DNA of 64,000 nucleotides from a virus (IMGVR_UViG_2859657292_000001); one strand, 5' to 3'. Counted from the first letter of the stretch, positions 17,128-27,363 are shown. The notes: a model not told the origin generated them from the sequence alone. Numbers and translations are program-made.

Positions 17128-17390
17128 GTAGTGAACCTTGCGTGTTTTGTTTATCTCTGGTAAGTGCTTACTGATATTACAGCAAAGGCCAGGGTTGTAA
17201 AGACTTATCTATTTAATTTCGATAGGCACAAAACCCCGGCATACCGCCATTATACTATGGTTTTTAGGCAATTTGTCACTATTCGCTTACAGAAAAAAGT
17301 AAGACGTATCTGATATAGGTGCATTCCATATTGATACAATAGGTAGTAGTATTGCCGAACTTTCAAATGTGTTCAGTTGGATGATATGAA

Positions 17391-17603
17391 ATGAAAAATA
17401 TAACTTCTAAATTGACCGCCCTTGAGGTTGGACACGCATATGCGATTGGACTAGATGGCGTCGCGACGATCCTGACAGAACTAGAATCTGAAGAGCTTCC
17501 CGTGGAGATGGTTGATACGACGGTTTTCACTTTTGAGCTAAAAAATAAACATTTCACTCTCATCAATACTGGTTGCGGCTCCCTTGCCGTGAGAACCATT
17601 TAA
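17391..17603 (+). CDS. Hypothetical protein (70 aa)
   Basis: ORF track; divergent from the XRE regulator gene. Confidence 0.3.
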   Translation: MKNITSKLTALEVGHAYAIGLDGVATILTELESEELPVEMVDTTVFTFELKNKHFTLINTGCGSLAVRTI

Positions 17604-17712
17604 AACACATTCCTGCCTATAGATGCCTGTACGAACAGCTTAGTTGCCTGTTCGTACAGTGATAAATTACGCACATCAGAAAACAAATTGTTTTAATAAC
17701 AAGGAAATTCTC

Positions 17713-20079
17713 ATGTCCAAAGCCATGACCAGATCTGTGCTGAAAGAGGTACAGGACTTTCGCGACTGCGTAAAACGAGTTGTAGCGATGCTATCAGGCA
17801 AACAGATACCTGTTGCAGAGCGAGGCAATGAAGCATATGTCCGCTACAACCGGCGCGGCGAACCAGTGCTGGTAAACATCCCATCTATACCGGACGACGC
17901 GTCACCAACCCTCATGAACGCAGTACGTGGTTTTCTCGACCATGAGGTAGCCCATATCCTCTTTACTGATCCGAAAGTCGCAATGAAGATGCGCGAGAGA
18001 GGAAAGGCTCCGTCTACCGGGCTTTGGAACGCGCTGGAAGACGTTTTTATTGAACGCAGAATGGGACAGGTATTCAACGGAACTCGTCGCAATTTGCTGG
18101 CCACACAGAACCTGGTGATCGACAAATACTTCAAGGGCAAAGTGTCAGAGGCGGTTTCAATCTGCCACGGCGACCAGCGTGAATTGTTCCTGAAATTCTT
18201 CCTTTGCCCGGTCGTTCGCGCCTGGGATGGCCAAAGCCCTTTCATCGACTTTATGGAAGAACACTGGCACCTCATCGATAAGCCTGTAGCCTTGCTCAAA
18301 GAGCATGGTATCGACGTGGCCGTTCGCAATATGTCGAACACAGAAGACTGCGTGAAGGTCGCAGCTGCTATCGCCCAAATCATGCAGGATATGAAAGACA
18401 AGCCAGAGGGCAAATTACCAGAGCTTAAATCGTCTGCTAGGAAGCCGTCGAAGAGTGAGGACGAGTCAGAGGAAACCCCAGAAGCCGGTGACGAACCGAC
18501 TCATAGTGAATCAGCACCAAAGCGTACCAAAGGCGAAGACGACGACAAGGAAGAGCAAGAAGATGATGCCTCAGAAGAGGAAGAGTCTGGGGATTCTGAT
18601 TTGCCTGAATCAGTAGATAAGGACTTACCTACAGAGGATAAAGAAATTAGTGATACAGAAAGTAAATATACAGAAGCAGGCGAAGAAGAATCAGGAGACA
18701 CCCCAGAATCCGATGATGCCGGCATGGAATCAGGTGATTCTGATGACGAAGGTGGTAGTGATGACACTGGCTCTCCAACGCCTGGTGATGGCATTCGCGA
18801 AGACGCCGATGACTCCGATGGTTATGGCTCTGGCGCCGCTGGCGATAGTGATGGTGATGACGGCGAAGACTCCGATGCCAGTCACGGGGAGTCGGAAGGA
18901 GAAGGCGAAGAGGAAGATGACGCCGCCGATCACACAGACGGCGAAGGTAAAGAAAATGAGGATGCCGCGGAAGCGCCTGAAGACAGTGAGTCAGGCTTTG
19001 TTCCTGCTCCGGATGAAATGACTCTGGAGGACGCACTCAAGGCGCTCGACGAGATGGAAGACGGAACAGGCGAAATGACCGAAGACGCACTGTCGGCCAC
19101 CATCAGCAAAGAGCTTATGAGCACCTCACTTTCTGAGTATCGCCCATACGATCGTTCATACGACTTTATCGGGTTGATTGATGAGGCTGAAGAGCATGTA
19201 AAGCGCACCAGAAAGACGTTTGGCGCAATCCCAATGCACTCACCGGTCGATCGCTACCGCATGGTTCCGGAAGGCAGAAGGCTCTTTGAACTGAAAATCG
19301 AAAAACATCTGTCAGCAGGCGTTTCTTCGACTCTGGCCAAAGACCTGGAGCGAGCTATCGCCAGCCGCAATCGAGTCCAGTTTATCCCAGGCCAGAGACG
19401 TGGACGGATACATGGCGCGAACCTGTATCGTCTGGCAATGAACGACGACCGCGTGTTCCGCAAGAAAGAAGACCACAGAGCGGTGAACGCGTGCGTCCAG
19501 CAGGTGATCGACTTGTCCGGCTCAATGGGCGGCAGGAAGATTCAACTGGCACTCGCCAGCGCCTACACCATTGCGGATGCTCTGGATCGTATCAATGTGC
19601 CTAACATCATCACCGGCTTTACCACGTTTGGTAGCCCAGATTATGAAACCATGTCGAAGCGCGGGTTTACTCGTTTCGAGGCGCTAATGCTGCCCATTAT
19701 CAAAAACTGGAATGAGAAAGCCAACTCTCCAGAGATCCGCGCCCGCATGGGCTGCGTGTGTGAGACGTTCCCCCTGCTCAATAACGTCGATGGTGAGAGC
19801 GTCGCGCAGCTGGCGACTCTGTTTGCAGGGCGAATGGAGGACAAGAAGATCATGCTGGTTATGAGCGACGGGGCGCCATGTGCTGCAGGCGATGGGTTCC
19901 ATCAGCATTTGCGAACCGTCACCAAAGAAATTGAGACGTTGAGTGACATCGATTTGATGGCTATCGGCGTTCTGACCGACGCACCACGGCGTTACTACAA
20001 AAATTACGCACTGGTAAACAGCGTAGAAGAGTTAGGGCCGTCAGTCGTCACAGAGCTATCTCGTATCATTCTTGGGTAA
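17713..20079 (+). CDS. CobT-like vWA-domain protein with a very long D/E/S-rich low-complexity linker
   Basis: C-terminal MIDAS motif 'DLSGSMGG'. About 180 aa of acidic low-complexity sequence sits at 18440..18990. The start was moved to the Met after RBS 'aaggaaattctcATG', because the listed 17644 start overlaps the palindromic motif. Confidence 0.65.
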   Translation: MSKAMTRSVLKEVQDFRDCVKRVVAMLSGKQIPVAERGNEAYVRYNRRGEPVLVNIPSIPDDASPTLMNAVRGFLDHEVAHILFTDPKVAMKMRERGKAPSTGLWNALEDVFIERRMGQVFNGTRRNLLATQNLVIDKYFKGKVSEAVSICHGDQRELFLKFFLCPVVRAWDGQSPFIDFMEEHWHLIDKPVALLKEHGIDVAVRNMSNTEDCVKVAAAIAQIMQDMKDKPEGKLPELKSSARKPSKSEDESEETPEAGDEPTHSESAPKRTKGEDDDKEEQEDDASEEEESGDSDLPESVDKDLPTEDKEISDTESKYTEAGEEESGDTPESDDAGMESGDSDDEGGSDDTGSPTPGDGIREDADDSDGYGSGAAGDSDGDDGEDSDASHGESEGEGEEEDDAADHTDGEGKENEDAAEAPEDSESGFVPAPDEMTLEDALKALDEMEDGTGEMTEDALSATISKELMSTSLSEYRPYDRSYDFIGLIDEAEEHVKRTRKTFGAIPMHSPVDRYRMVPEGRRLFELKIEKHLSAGVSSTLAKDLERAIASRNRVQFIPGQRRGRIHGANLYRLAMNDDRVFRKKEDHRAVNACVQQVIDLSGSMGGRKIQLALASAYTIADALDRINVPNIITGFTTFGSPDYETMSKRGFTRFEALMLPIIKNWNEKANSPEIRARMGCVCETFPLLNNVDGESVAQLATLFAGRMEDKKIMLVMSDGAPCAAGDGFHQHLRTVTKEIETLSDIDLMAIGVLTDAPRRYYKNYALVNSVEELGPSVVTELSRIILG

Positions 20080-20175
20080 TTGGTTTACCCGTAAAAATAA
20101 GTAATCACTTACTATACAGCCTAATATATTTATATAAGATATACCCCACGAACGACAAACAGTAAGGAAAAACAC

Positions 20176-21411
20176 ATGACCGCTACTGCACTACAGCAAG
20201 AAGAACATTTGCCAGAAGCCATCGTCTGCAAGTGGTGTGGCAAATCCTTTCATTACCTGAAATCCCATATCTCTATGGGCCGCTGCGAGAACATTCCTGA
20301 GTCCGCGAAAGGTCTGGACGTGGACGAGGTGGTGAAAATGTACACTACTGCGTTTCCGGATGAACCAACGATCTCTCGCACGGCACTGGCCAAACTCAAT
20401 GAGAAGCGTGCCGAAAAGCATTCAGGTGAAGGAAAAGTGGCGGACATTAGCGCACATCCGGGCTACGCAGGAACGGTCGAATACAAGACCGAACTGGTGG
20501 CCGCGCACGAGCTGCTTGGCGTAACGATCAAAGAGCTGGGAACGCCACGCGGAAAACCACTACAGGTGACAGTCAACGTCAACACGCCATATCCGGAGTT
20601 CGTACCGGAAGCGAAGAAGAACTATGTGTATGGCGACTTCGACCTGATTAAAGACATCTTCATGATGCTGGAAATCGGAATCCCAGGCTATCTCTGGGGT
20701 CATGCAGGAACCGGTAAATCTTCTCTTCCTACGCAGCTATGCGCCCTGCTGAATCGACCACTGATCCGCGCCCAGCATACGGCGTCTATGGAAGAAGCAC
20801 ACGTTACAGGCCAGATCCTCGCTCGCGATGGCTCCACCTACTTCGAGCCTGGTTTGCTGGCGCTGGCGATGAAAAATGGCTGGGTGTACCTCGCTGATGA
20901 ATATGACTTCGCGTTCCCGCAGATTCTGGGTGTGTACCAGCCAGTTCTTGAAGGAGAACCGCTGATCATCAAAGAGGCAACTCCGGACTGGCGCCGTATC
21001 ACTCCGCATAAACGCTTTGCCTTCATTGGCACTGGCAACACTAACGGCTCTGGCGACGAAACGGGTCTCTATCAAGGAACGAACATCCAGAACGCGGCGA
21101 ACTTCTCGCGCTTCGGCATTGTTTCGAACGTGAAGTACATGAGCACTAAGGCTGAAGTCAACATGCTGGCTGAGGCTGGCGTCATCCGCGAATACGCCGA
21201 GAAGATGGTGAAATTCGCGAATCTTGTCCGTGAAGGTTATGAACAGCATCTGATCAGCCAGCCAATCGGCCCTCGCGAGCTGCTGCTGTCCGCAAAAATC
21301 GGAATGATGCGCGGTGATTTCTCTGCCGGCATCGAAAAGTCGTTTATCAATAAACTTCCATCCACGTCTGCACAGGCAGCGCGTGAAGTGGTTCAGAAGA
21401 TCTTCGGTTAA
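20176..21411 (+). CDS. CobS/MoxR-like AAA+ ATPase
   Basis: Walker A 'GHAGTGKSSL' and Walker B 'VYLADEYDF'. Adjacent to the vWA partner gene, which is the canonical CobST or MoxR-vWA pairing. Confidence 0.7.
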   Translation: MTATALQQEEHLPEAIVCKWCGKSFHYLKSHISMGRCENIPESAKGLDVDEVVKMYTTAFPDEPTISRTALAKLNEKRAEKHSGEGKVADISAHPGYAGTVEYKTELVAAHELLGVTIKELGTPRGKPLQVTVNVNTPYPEFVPEAKKNYVYGDFDLIKDIFMMLEIGIPGYLWGHAGTGKSSLPTQLCALLNRPLIRAQHTASMEEAHVTGQILARDGSTYFEPGLLALAMKNGWVYLADEYDFAFPQILGVYQPVLEGEPLIIKEATPDWRRITPHKRFAFIGTGNTNGSGDETGLYQGTNIQNAANFSRFGIVSNVKYMSTKAEVNMLAEAGVIREYAEKMVKFANLVREGYEQHLISQPIGPRELLLSAKIGMMRGDFSAGIEKSFINKLPSTSAQAAREVVQKIFG

Positions 21412-21413
21412 TC

Positions 21414-21617
21414 GTGCGTAAAGGATGTTTCGGCTCTCTTATCGCAGCGTCTGAAACTGGCCGGGCTTGTCTGGCGTGTCCGGATAGGCCCGAGTGCCAC
21501 CAGTCAGCCAAAGAGGTTGCGATTTCGATGTATGGGAAGTTCGTTGGCTTCCCCAATGACAAAATCAAGAAAACCAGAAAGGTAAAAACACATGAAGGCT
21601 CTGATGGTCAGAACTGA
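21414..21617 (+). CDS. Small Cys-rich protein (67 aa)
   Basis: Possible zinc-ribbon 'CLACPDRPEC'. Overlaps the dnaE start. Confidence 0.3.
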   Translation: MRKGCFGSLIAASETGRACLACPDRPECHQSAKEVAISMYGKFVGFPNDKIKKTRKVKTHEGSDGQN

Positions 21618-23955
21618 CTTCTCCCTGGGAGAGTCGGCTCTAAAAGCAGAAAACGCGGTGAAAATCGCGAGAGACGCTGGCTACACCGCTGTCATTTCCG
21701 CTGACAGCATGAACATTGCCAGTGTGATCCCCCTGCAGCGTGCCGCTGGCGACGACATGGCGGTTATTTGTGGTGTTAAGCTGAATGTTGTCGACGATCC
21801 GACATACGAGCACCGCGCCCGCCTTGCGAAAGAGTCAGGGGGATGTATGGAATCATTGGTACGTGATCGCAGCTACTGCTTCACGGCACTGATAAAGAAT
21901 GAGCAAGGTTATCGCGACGTGTGCGAACTGATGACCTTAGCCAACAAGCGCGAGCAATTCTACTTTGTCCCGCGTCTGGCGCTTGACCAGCTGGCGGCCG
22001 CATATGCCAAAGGCAACATCATCCTGCTGACGTCTGACATTGGCAGTGTATTCCAGCGCCAGGACTTCGCAAAGATTATCGGGACGCTGGTCACAGCTGG
22101 AGGACGCGATAACTTCTACAGCGTGGTTTATCCGCACCCTACCCCATTCTACGACCAGATTAACGTCCGGGCGATGAAAGTGGCGAGCGCACTGAAAATA
22201 GAGCCAGTGGCGTTCTACCCCGCTTATTACGAAGCGGTCGACGACGCTGACATTAAAGACATTGCGCACATGGTTACGAACAACATCAAAATCGATCAGC
22301 CGCATCGTCTGCGTATTCCCCACCAGCGAGATAACGCCGTTAATGGTCGCCGCCATCTCCTTGAAGCGCTGAAAGCCTTCTCCGTTCGAATGGATGTGCC
22401 GGTAACAGCTGCAATGGCCTCAACAACGCAGGACACCATTATTGAAGCCTGCACATGGCGCTGGCATGAATTGCCACCAGCACTGCCCAAGATGGCAGAC
22501 GACGAGCCTGCAACGCTGATGAAGCTGGCTGTCGCGGGGCTGCGTAAGCGTCTTACTACCAAAGAGTTTGGCTACACACCACCGGCTTCTGAGCACCGTG
22601 TGTATGTTGATCGCCTGAAGTACGAAATGGACACACTGACCCGCCTGGGCTTCTGTGGTTACTTCCTGATGGTGCGCGACCTGATGAATCACAGCCGTGA
22701 AACTGGCATTCCTGTCGGGCCAGGTCGTGGTTCCTCTGCCGGTTCTCTGGTGGCGTGGTGTATAGGCATAACCAACGTCGATCCTATCCGTCACGGTCTT
22801 CTGTTTGAGCGTTTCATCAACCCTGAACGTCTCGACTTACCGGATGCGGATCTGGACTTCAGCCAGGCACGTCGTCATGAGGTGATCGAGTATCTGAATG
22901 AACGCTATGGCGAAGATTACGTTGCCGGTATTCCGAACTTCACCTATCTGGGCGCCGCTTCTGCGCTGCGTGACACTGCGCGTATTTACGGTGTCGACGC
23001 TGCGGATATGGCGGTATCCAAAGAGTTCAAGAATCTGGAAGACGATAGCCTGTCTCTGGAAGAGCTGCGCGAGCAACTGGCCAGCCTGGACAAATACGCC
23101 ACGAAATACCCGGAAGCGTTCAAAGCGGCGTGTAAGCTGCAAAGCCTGATGCGTGGTTTTGGTCGTCACGCTGCGGGGATGATCGTCGCTGGTGTTCCAT
23201 TGGTAGAGCGCACGCCCGTCGAGCTGCGTGGCAATGCTCGCTGTATTGCGTTCGATAAACGTTACTGCGAGGCGATGGGGCTGATTAAGCTGGACGTTCT
23301 CGGTCTGGCAACGCTCGATCTGCTGGATAGCGCGAAACGCTACATCAAAGAGAGTACCGGGGAAGACATCAACCTCGACGCCATTCCACTCGACGACCGC
23401 AAAGTTCTGGATGGTTTCGCAGCTGGCTACACACAGGGCGTCTTCCAGCTGGAATCTGGCCCAATGCGCAAGCTGCTTAAAGATCTGGGTAGCGGTATCG
23501 AGCCAATGAGCTTTAAAACGGTTGTCGCGACCACCGCGCTCTTCCGCCCCGGCCCCATCCAGTCAGGCATGTTGGATGACTACGTTTCTGTGGCCAAAGG
23601 CTTCATGCCACCACATTCCATTCACCCACGTCTTGAGGAAACAACCAAAGAAACTAACGGCGTTTTGCTCTACCAAGAGCAAATTATGAAAAGCTCTCGT
23701 GTACTCGCTGGATTCTCTATGGCAGAGGCTGATGCTCTGCGTTCCGCTATCGGTAAAAAGAATATGGAAAAAATGAAAACGATCGGCGGAGATTTTGTAG
23801 AACGCGCTCAAGCAGGCTGGGTGACACTGTCACTTGAAAATGGAAGCACAGTAGAAGTTCATAAAAAAGCCAAGCTGATGTGCTCTGACGGCAAGCGCAG
23901 AACCTATGACGAAGCGATACGAGACAACGCTGATATTGTTGATTTTGGAGTTTGA
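21592..23955 (+). CDS. dnaE: DNA polymerase III alpha subunit, N-terminal fragment (PHP plus polymerase core)
   Basis: PHP-domain N-terminus and the 'GPGRGSSAGSLVAWCIGITNVDPI' and 'FERFINPER' palm motifs. Ends 'GKKNMEKMKTIGGDFVERAQAG...' at the position where E. coli DnaE continues into the 'FNKSHS' region. Confidence 0.8.
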   Translation: MKALMVRTDFSLGESALKAENAVKIARDAGYTAVISADSMNIASVIPLQRAAGDDMAVICGVKLNVVDDPTYEHRARLAKESGGCMESLVRDRSYCFTALIKNEQGYRDVCELMTLANKREQFYFVPRLALDQLAAAYAKGNIILLTSDIGSVFQRQDFAKIIGTLVTAGGRDNFYSVVYPHPTPFYDQINVRAMKVASALKIEPVAFYPAYYEAVDDADIKDIAHMVTNNIKIDQPHRLRIPHQRDNAVNGRRHLLEALKAFSVRMDVPVTAAMASTTQDTIIEACTWRWHELPPALPKMADDEPATLMKLAVAGLRKRLTTKEFGYTPPASEHRVYVDRLKYEMDTLTRLGFCGYFLMVRDLMNHSRETGIPVGPGRGSSAGSLVAWCIGITNVDPIRHGLLFERFINPERLDLPDADLDFSQARRHEVIEYLNERYGEDYVAGIPNFTYLGAASALRDTARIYGVDAADMAVSKEFKNLEDDSLSLEELREQLASLDKYATKYPEAFKAACKLQSLMRGFGRHAAGMIVAGVPLVERTPVELRGNARCIAFDKRYCEAMGLIKLDVLGLATLDLLDSAKRYIKESTGEDINLDAIPLDDRKVLDGFAAGYTQGVFQLESGPMRKLLKDLGSGIEPMSFKTVVATTALFRPGPIQSGMLDDYVSVAKGFMPPHSIHPRLEETTKETNGVLLYQEQIMKSSRVLAGFSMAEADALRSAIGKKNMEKMKTIGGDFVERAQAGWVTLSLENGSTVEVHKKAKLMCSDGKRRTYDEAIRDNADIVDFGV

Positions 23956-24653
23956 CGGTGGAAGAAGTTTGGAAATCTATTCCTGAATTTGAAGGTTATT
24001 ATGAAGCATCCAGTTTGGGGCGCATTCGTTCGTTGGATGTTATCCAAACAAGCCCCAAAGGTGTCAAATGGGTAAAAAAAGGTCAAATACTTAAACCTCG
24101 TGTAATCAATGCCTTTGGACATCTGGGGGTGAAACTAAGCGTTAAGGGAATCAAATGCGACCGAACAGTTCATTATCTTGTTGCGACAGCGTTCCACGGA
24201 GAACGGCCAGAAGGCTTGCTTATTCGTCATCTTGACGGAGACCCAACAAACAATGCGCCCTGCAATCTCGCATATGGCACTCAAGTCGACAACATGGCTG
24301 ACGCCATTGCACACGATACCGTAGAGTTTGGCGAGAGGCGCTATAACGCCAAGCTGACCAACGAAGTAGTCATTGCTATTCGCATTAAAAAGTCCAAAGG
24401 CGCGCTGAACAAAGAGTTGGCGGCCGAATATGGCTTAACTGAGCTTTACATTCACCATATCGTCACCGGAAAGAAATGGGCACGAGTTGGCGGGCCGATC
24501 GCTCTTTCAAGAGCATCCAAAAAGCTGGATGCCGAAACGAGAGCTGAGGTGGTTGCATTGCGCAAGGCTGGCGCAACCTATGAAAAGCTGCGAGAAAAAT
24601 TCGGCATATCTAACACACAAATCGCAAATATCTTAAAAAAAGCAAGCATTTGA
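23952..24653 (+). CDS. HNH homing endonuclease (NUMOD4 N-terminus plus HNH plus AP2/NUMOD1-like HTH repeats)
   Basis: 'WKSIPEFEGYYEASSLGRIRS' (NUMOD4) and 'HLDGDPTNNAPCNLA' (HNH). Inserted exactly between the two dnaE fragments. Confidence 0.8.
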   Translation: MTVEEVWKSIPEFEGYYEASSLGRIRSLDVIQTSPKGVKWVKKGQILKPRVINAFGHLGVKLSVKGIKCDRTVHYLVATAFHGERPEGLLIRHLDGDPTNNAPCNLAYGTQVDNMADAIAHDTVEFGERRYNAKLTNEVVIAIRIKKSKGALNKELAAEYGLTELYIHHIVTGKKWARVGGPIALSRASKKLDAETRAEVVALRKAGATYEKLREKFGISNTQIANILKKASI

Positions 24654-24672
24654 AGTTAACGACGGGGAAAAA

Positions 24673-25842
24673 ATGAAAATTGCCAAAGTTATTTCCGAGC
24701 AGGAGGGTCTTAGCGCTGAGAAGGCCCAGGAAATATGGGACGCCTTTGAAAAGTTCGGTGGCTATGCCTTTAACAAATCGCACTCTGTTGCTTATTCTTT
24801 AATCAGCTATCAGTCTATGTGGTTAAAGACACACTACCCTGCTGAGTTCTTCGCTGCTGCGCTCACCATTCTGGGCGAGGATAAGCACCATGGGCTGGTT
24901 AAGGATGCGCTGACCTATGGCATTCGCGTATTGCCACCAGACGTTAACGTGTCATCTAACCGAATTGAGATCCGCACGCTGGAAGACGGCAGCCAGGTTC
25001 TGTATGCGCCCTTCTCTGCTGTGAAAGGCTGCTCTGAGAATGGTTGCCAGGCCATCATGAGAGCGCGTGAGAAAGTTGGCGGCAAATTCGAGTCACTTGA
25101 GCAATTTGAGGAAGCGGTCGAGAAGCGTGCGTGCAACAGCCGGGTACGCGAGTCACTGCAAAAAGTAGGTGCGTTCGCATCGATTGAGCCTGGCAGTCTG
25201 CCAGCGACAGATCCGGAACGACTGCGCGACCAGGCAGAGTTGATGGGCAATCTGGTGATCGACGCTGTAAAAGCCTCTCGACCGTTCGAGATGAACCCTA
25301 AGCGCTCTGCTGAAGTGAATGTACTGATGACTCGCATGGCGGCTGAAATGGGTCTGGGAGACGACCTGATCCGCCCAAGCATTGGCATTAAGCCGAAAAT
25401 CATGGTCATTCTGGACAACGCGAACGGCAATGATGGGCGTACCGGTTACTTCATGGAGAACGGCTACGACGACTTTAAAGCGAAGTTGCTTACTGCAGGC
25501 GATCTGCGCATGGGCGATCTCTACGTCACCGGCGTGTGCAAAAAGGTGAAGGACAAAGAGAAGGACTACACCAAAGACGAGATCGGTCAGTTCACCGACT
25601 TTATGCGTGAAGAGATCAATCTGGTGCGTCCGACCTATGTGCTGACGTGTGGCAGCCGGGCGACGTCACTCTTCAACAACAAGAGCAAACCATCCGACCT
25701 GGTTGGACGCAAAGAGTATCTGCCAGAGCTGGATGTGACCGTTTTCTACGGATTTAACCCAAACATTTTGTACTTTCGCCCAGAAGAAGGCGAAAAGCTG
25801 GAAGCAATTCTGGCAGAGGTAGCGGAGACTATTAGCAAATGA
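24673..25842 (+). CDS. dnaE: DNA polymerase III alpha subunit, C-terminal fragment
   Basis: 'FEKFGGYAFNKSHSVAYSLISYQSMWLKTHYPAEFFAAAL' matches the DnaE finger/HhH region. It has its own RBS, 'gacggggaaaaaATG'. Confidence 0.75.
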   Translation: MKIAKVISEQEGLSAEKAQEIWDAFEKFGGYAFNKSHSVAYSLISYQSMWLKTHYPAEFFAAALTILGEDKHHGLVKDALTYGIRVLPPDVNVSSNRIEIRTLEDGSQVLYAPFSAVKGCSENGCQAIMRAREKVGGKFESLEQFEEAVEKRACNSRVRESLQKVGAFASIEPGSLPATDPERLRDQAELMGNLVIDAVKASRPFEMNPKRSAEVNVLMTRMAAEMGLGDDLIRPSIGIKPKIMVILDNANGNDGRTGYFMENGYDDFKAKLLTAGDLRMGDLYVTGVCKKVKDKEKDYTKDEIGQFTDFMREEINLVRPTYVLTCGSRATSLFNNKSKPSDLVGRKEYLPELDVTVFYGFNPNILYFRPEEGEKLEAILAEVAETISK

Positions 25843-26282
25843 ATAAAGAGAACACCATGAACGAGGCACAGAAGATTGCACAAGCGCTGGCGGCTATCCC
25901 AGCAGATTTTCGGGATAAGGCAGTTGCAGCCACCATGCGGTCGCAGTTCTGGGAAATCATCGACTGCCCGGTCACGTTAGATCTGGCGCTGGCGTTCGCC
26001 GGGCTGGATGGCGCCGATAAAGTCAGTCGTCTGCGTAAATGTGCCAGAGCGCTGGCGCTCAAAACGCAAGATCCGAAGGCGTGCCAGTATCTGCTGGAGA
26101 TCTACGAATCGGATAACCCAGAGGAACAGCTGGAGGCGTTCAAAGTGTTCCGCAATCGGCTGGTACTGAAGGTGGCCAAAGAGTTTATGGAAGTGAACAA
26201 GATTGGCGATGTGAGACAGTACAGGCTGAAGCGCCAGACCAGAGTCACGCTATCCAATATTTTTGGTAAGAAAGTCGCTTAA
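25839..26282 (+). CDS. Hypothetical protein (147 aa)
   Basis: Translationally coupled to the upstream gene (ATGA overlap). Confidence 0.4.
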   Translation: MNKENTMNEAQKIAQALAAIPADFRDKAVAATMRSQFWEIIDCPVTLDLALAFAGLDGADKVSRLRKCARALALKTQDPKACQYLLEIYESDNPEEQLEAFKVFRNRLVLKVAKEFMEVNKIGDVRQYRLKRQTRVTLSNIFGKKVA

Positions 26283-26313
26283 TGAAATGGCCCGATTCTT
26301 TCGGGCATTTTCA

Positions 26314-27237
26314 TTAATAGTTATATATGTTATTTCTTATGATCTCTTGAATTTGCACATTGACGGGGAAACAGCTTTCCATTTCATCTTTAAAAATAGA
26401 ACTCTCACCTCTAAAGTGATATGCCAAATTTGAGAAGTAATCTAGCAGTCGGTCTAAATGAAGATCACATAGTTCCATATATTCCTGAACTACAGGGTAT
26501 TGCATGACAAGTAGTTTATTATCAGTTTTAAGTCTTAAAAATTCATCATAGTCATTAAGCAATCTATTCAAGGAATGAGGATAGGTCTCCCAGGCAACAG
26601 GGAATTTAAAATCCTCTTCCGGCAAACCTGATTCTTCAATTTCTTCATTTACTTCGTTAATGACTTTCATAAGTTCATGTTTTGAACTCGTTGCCATCTC
26701 AACAACTTCCTTGTCAAGCTCGGTCATCCATAGCTTCGACCAATCCTGCTTGTGCATTGGACGAAGACGATGCTTGTGCGATTCAAAGATAATATTAGTT
26801 TTTGAATCCTTATTTTTTCGTGCCTTCTCAGAATAGTTATCAAGGCTTTCACTATCTAAATGACGCCAGTATATTTCAGGCTCATCTTTAATATTCATTT
26901 CATTAAGACTTACAAGCACAATTACTACCGGCTCATGTTGAGAACTCCAATAGCCAAGGTTATCAAGACCAACTCTAACACTTAAACTTTCTTCCATCTG
27001 TCTTGAGGTAGTTTTAACCTGAACAGAAATAAAAGCCCCTGTTGATTTGGTGTCATCTGCAAACATTTCAACCTGAGCATCAATTCCCATGTCAACACTC
27101 AATAGTCGACAAGGCCAGCCAAAGTATCGTGATATCCAGTAGGCGAATAAATACTCCCCGGCATGTCCGTAGGCACTGGATTTTGGGTAAATCATCGCCT
27201 CTTTTGGTGACTGGTTGTTTGTCTTTGGTGATTTCAT
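26314..27237 (-). CDS. AT-rich accessory gene encoding a PD-(D/E)xK-like (DUF4365-like) putative nuclease domain plus an uncharacterised C-terminal domain (308 aa)
   Basis: 'VDMGIDAQVEMF...GAFISVQVKTT' gives a D...(E/Q)xK arrangement. RBS AAGGAattaaaaATG. GC is about 35% against about 50% in the flanks. The listed ORF 26314..27783 was trimmed because its N-terminal 182 aa overlap a better gene on the + strand. Confidence 0.5.
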   Translation of the reverse strand: MKSPKTNNQSPKEAMIYPKSSAYGHAGEYLFAYWISRYFGWPCRLLSVDMGIDAQVEMFADDTKSTGAFISVQVKTTSRQMEESLSVRVGLDNLGYWSSQHEPVVIVLVSLNEMNIKDEPEIYWRHLDSESLDNYSEKARKNKDSKTNIIFESHKHRLRPMHKQDWSKLWMTELDKEVVEMATSSKHELMKVINEVNEEIEESGLPEEDFKFPVAWETYPHSLNRLLNDYDEFLRLKTDNKLLVMQYPVVQEYMELCDLHLDRLLDYFSNLAYHFRGESSIFKDEMESCFPVNVQIQEIIRNNIYNY

Positions 27238-27363
27238 TTTTAATTCCTTGTTAAAACTCAATCTTCCCCTTTCGCCCCAAAAATGTCTACCGCCAATCAT
27301 GGCAGTAACCCTCCATTTGTTTGATATAATCAGATACATAAAAGTAAGCTGGAACCTATCAAT

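Noticed and set aside
18157-19208. Multiple overlapping ORFs (129, 123, 97, 92 and 67 aa) inside the vWA gene
   Set aside because: All lie within the D/E/S-rich low-complexity repeat of the CobT-like gene and are frame artefacts of the repetitive GA/GAT codons.
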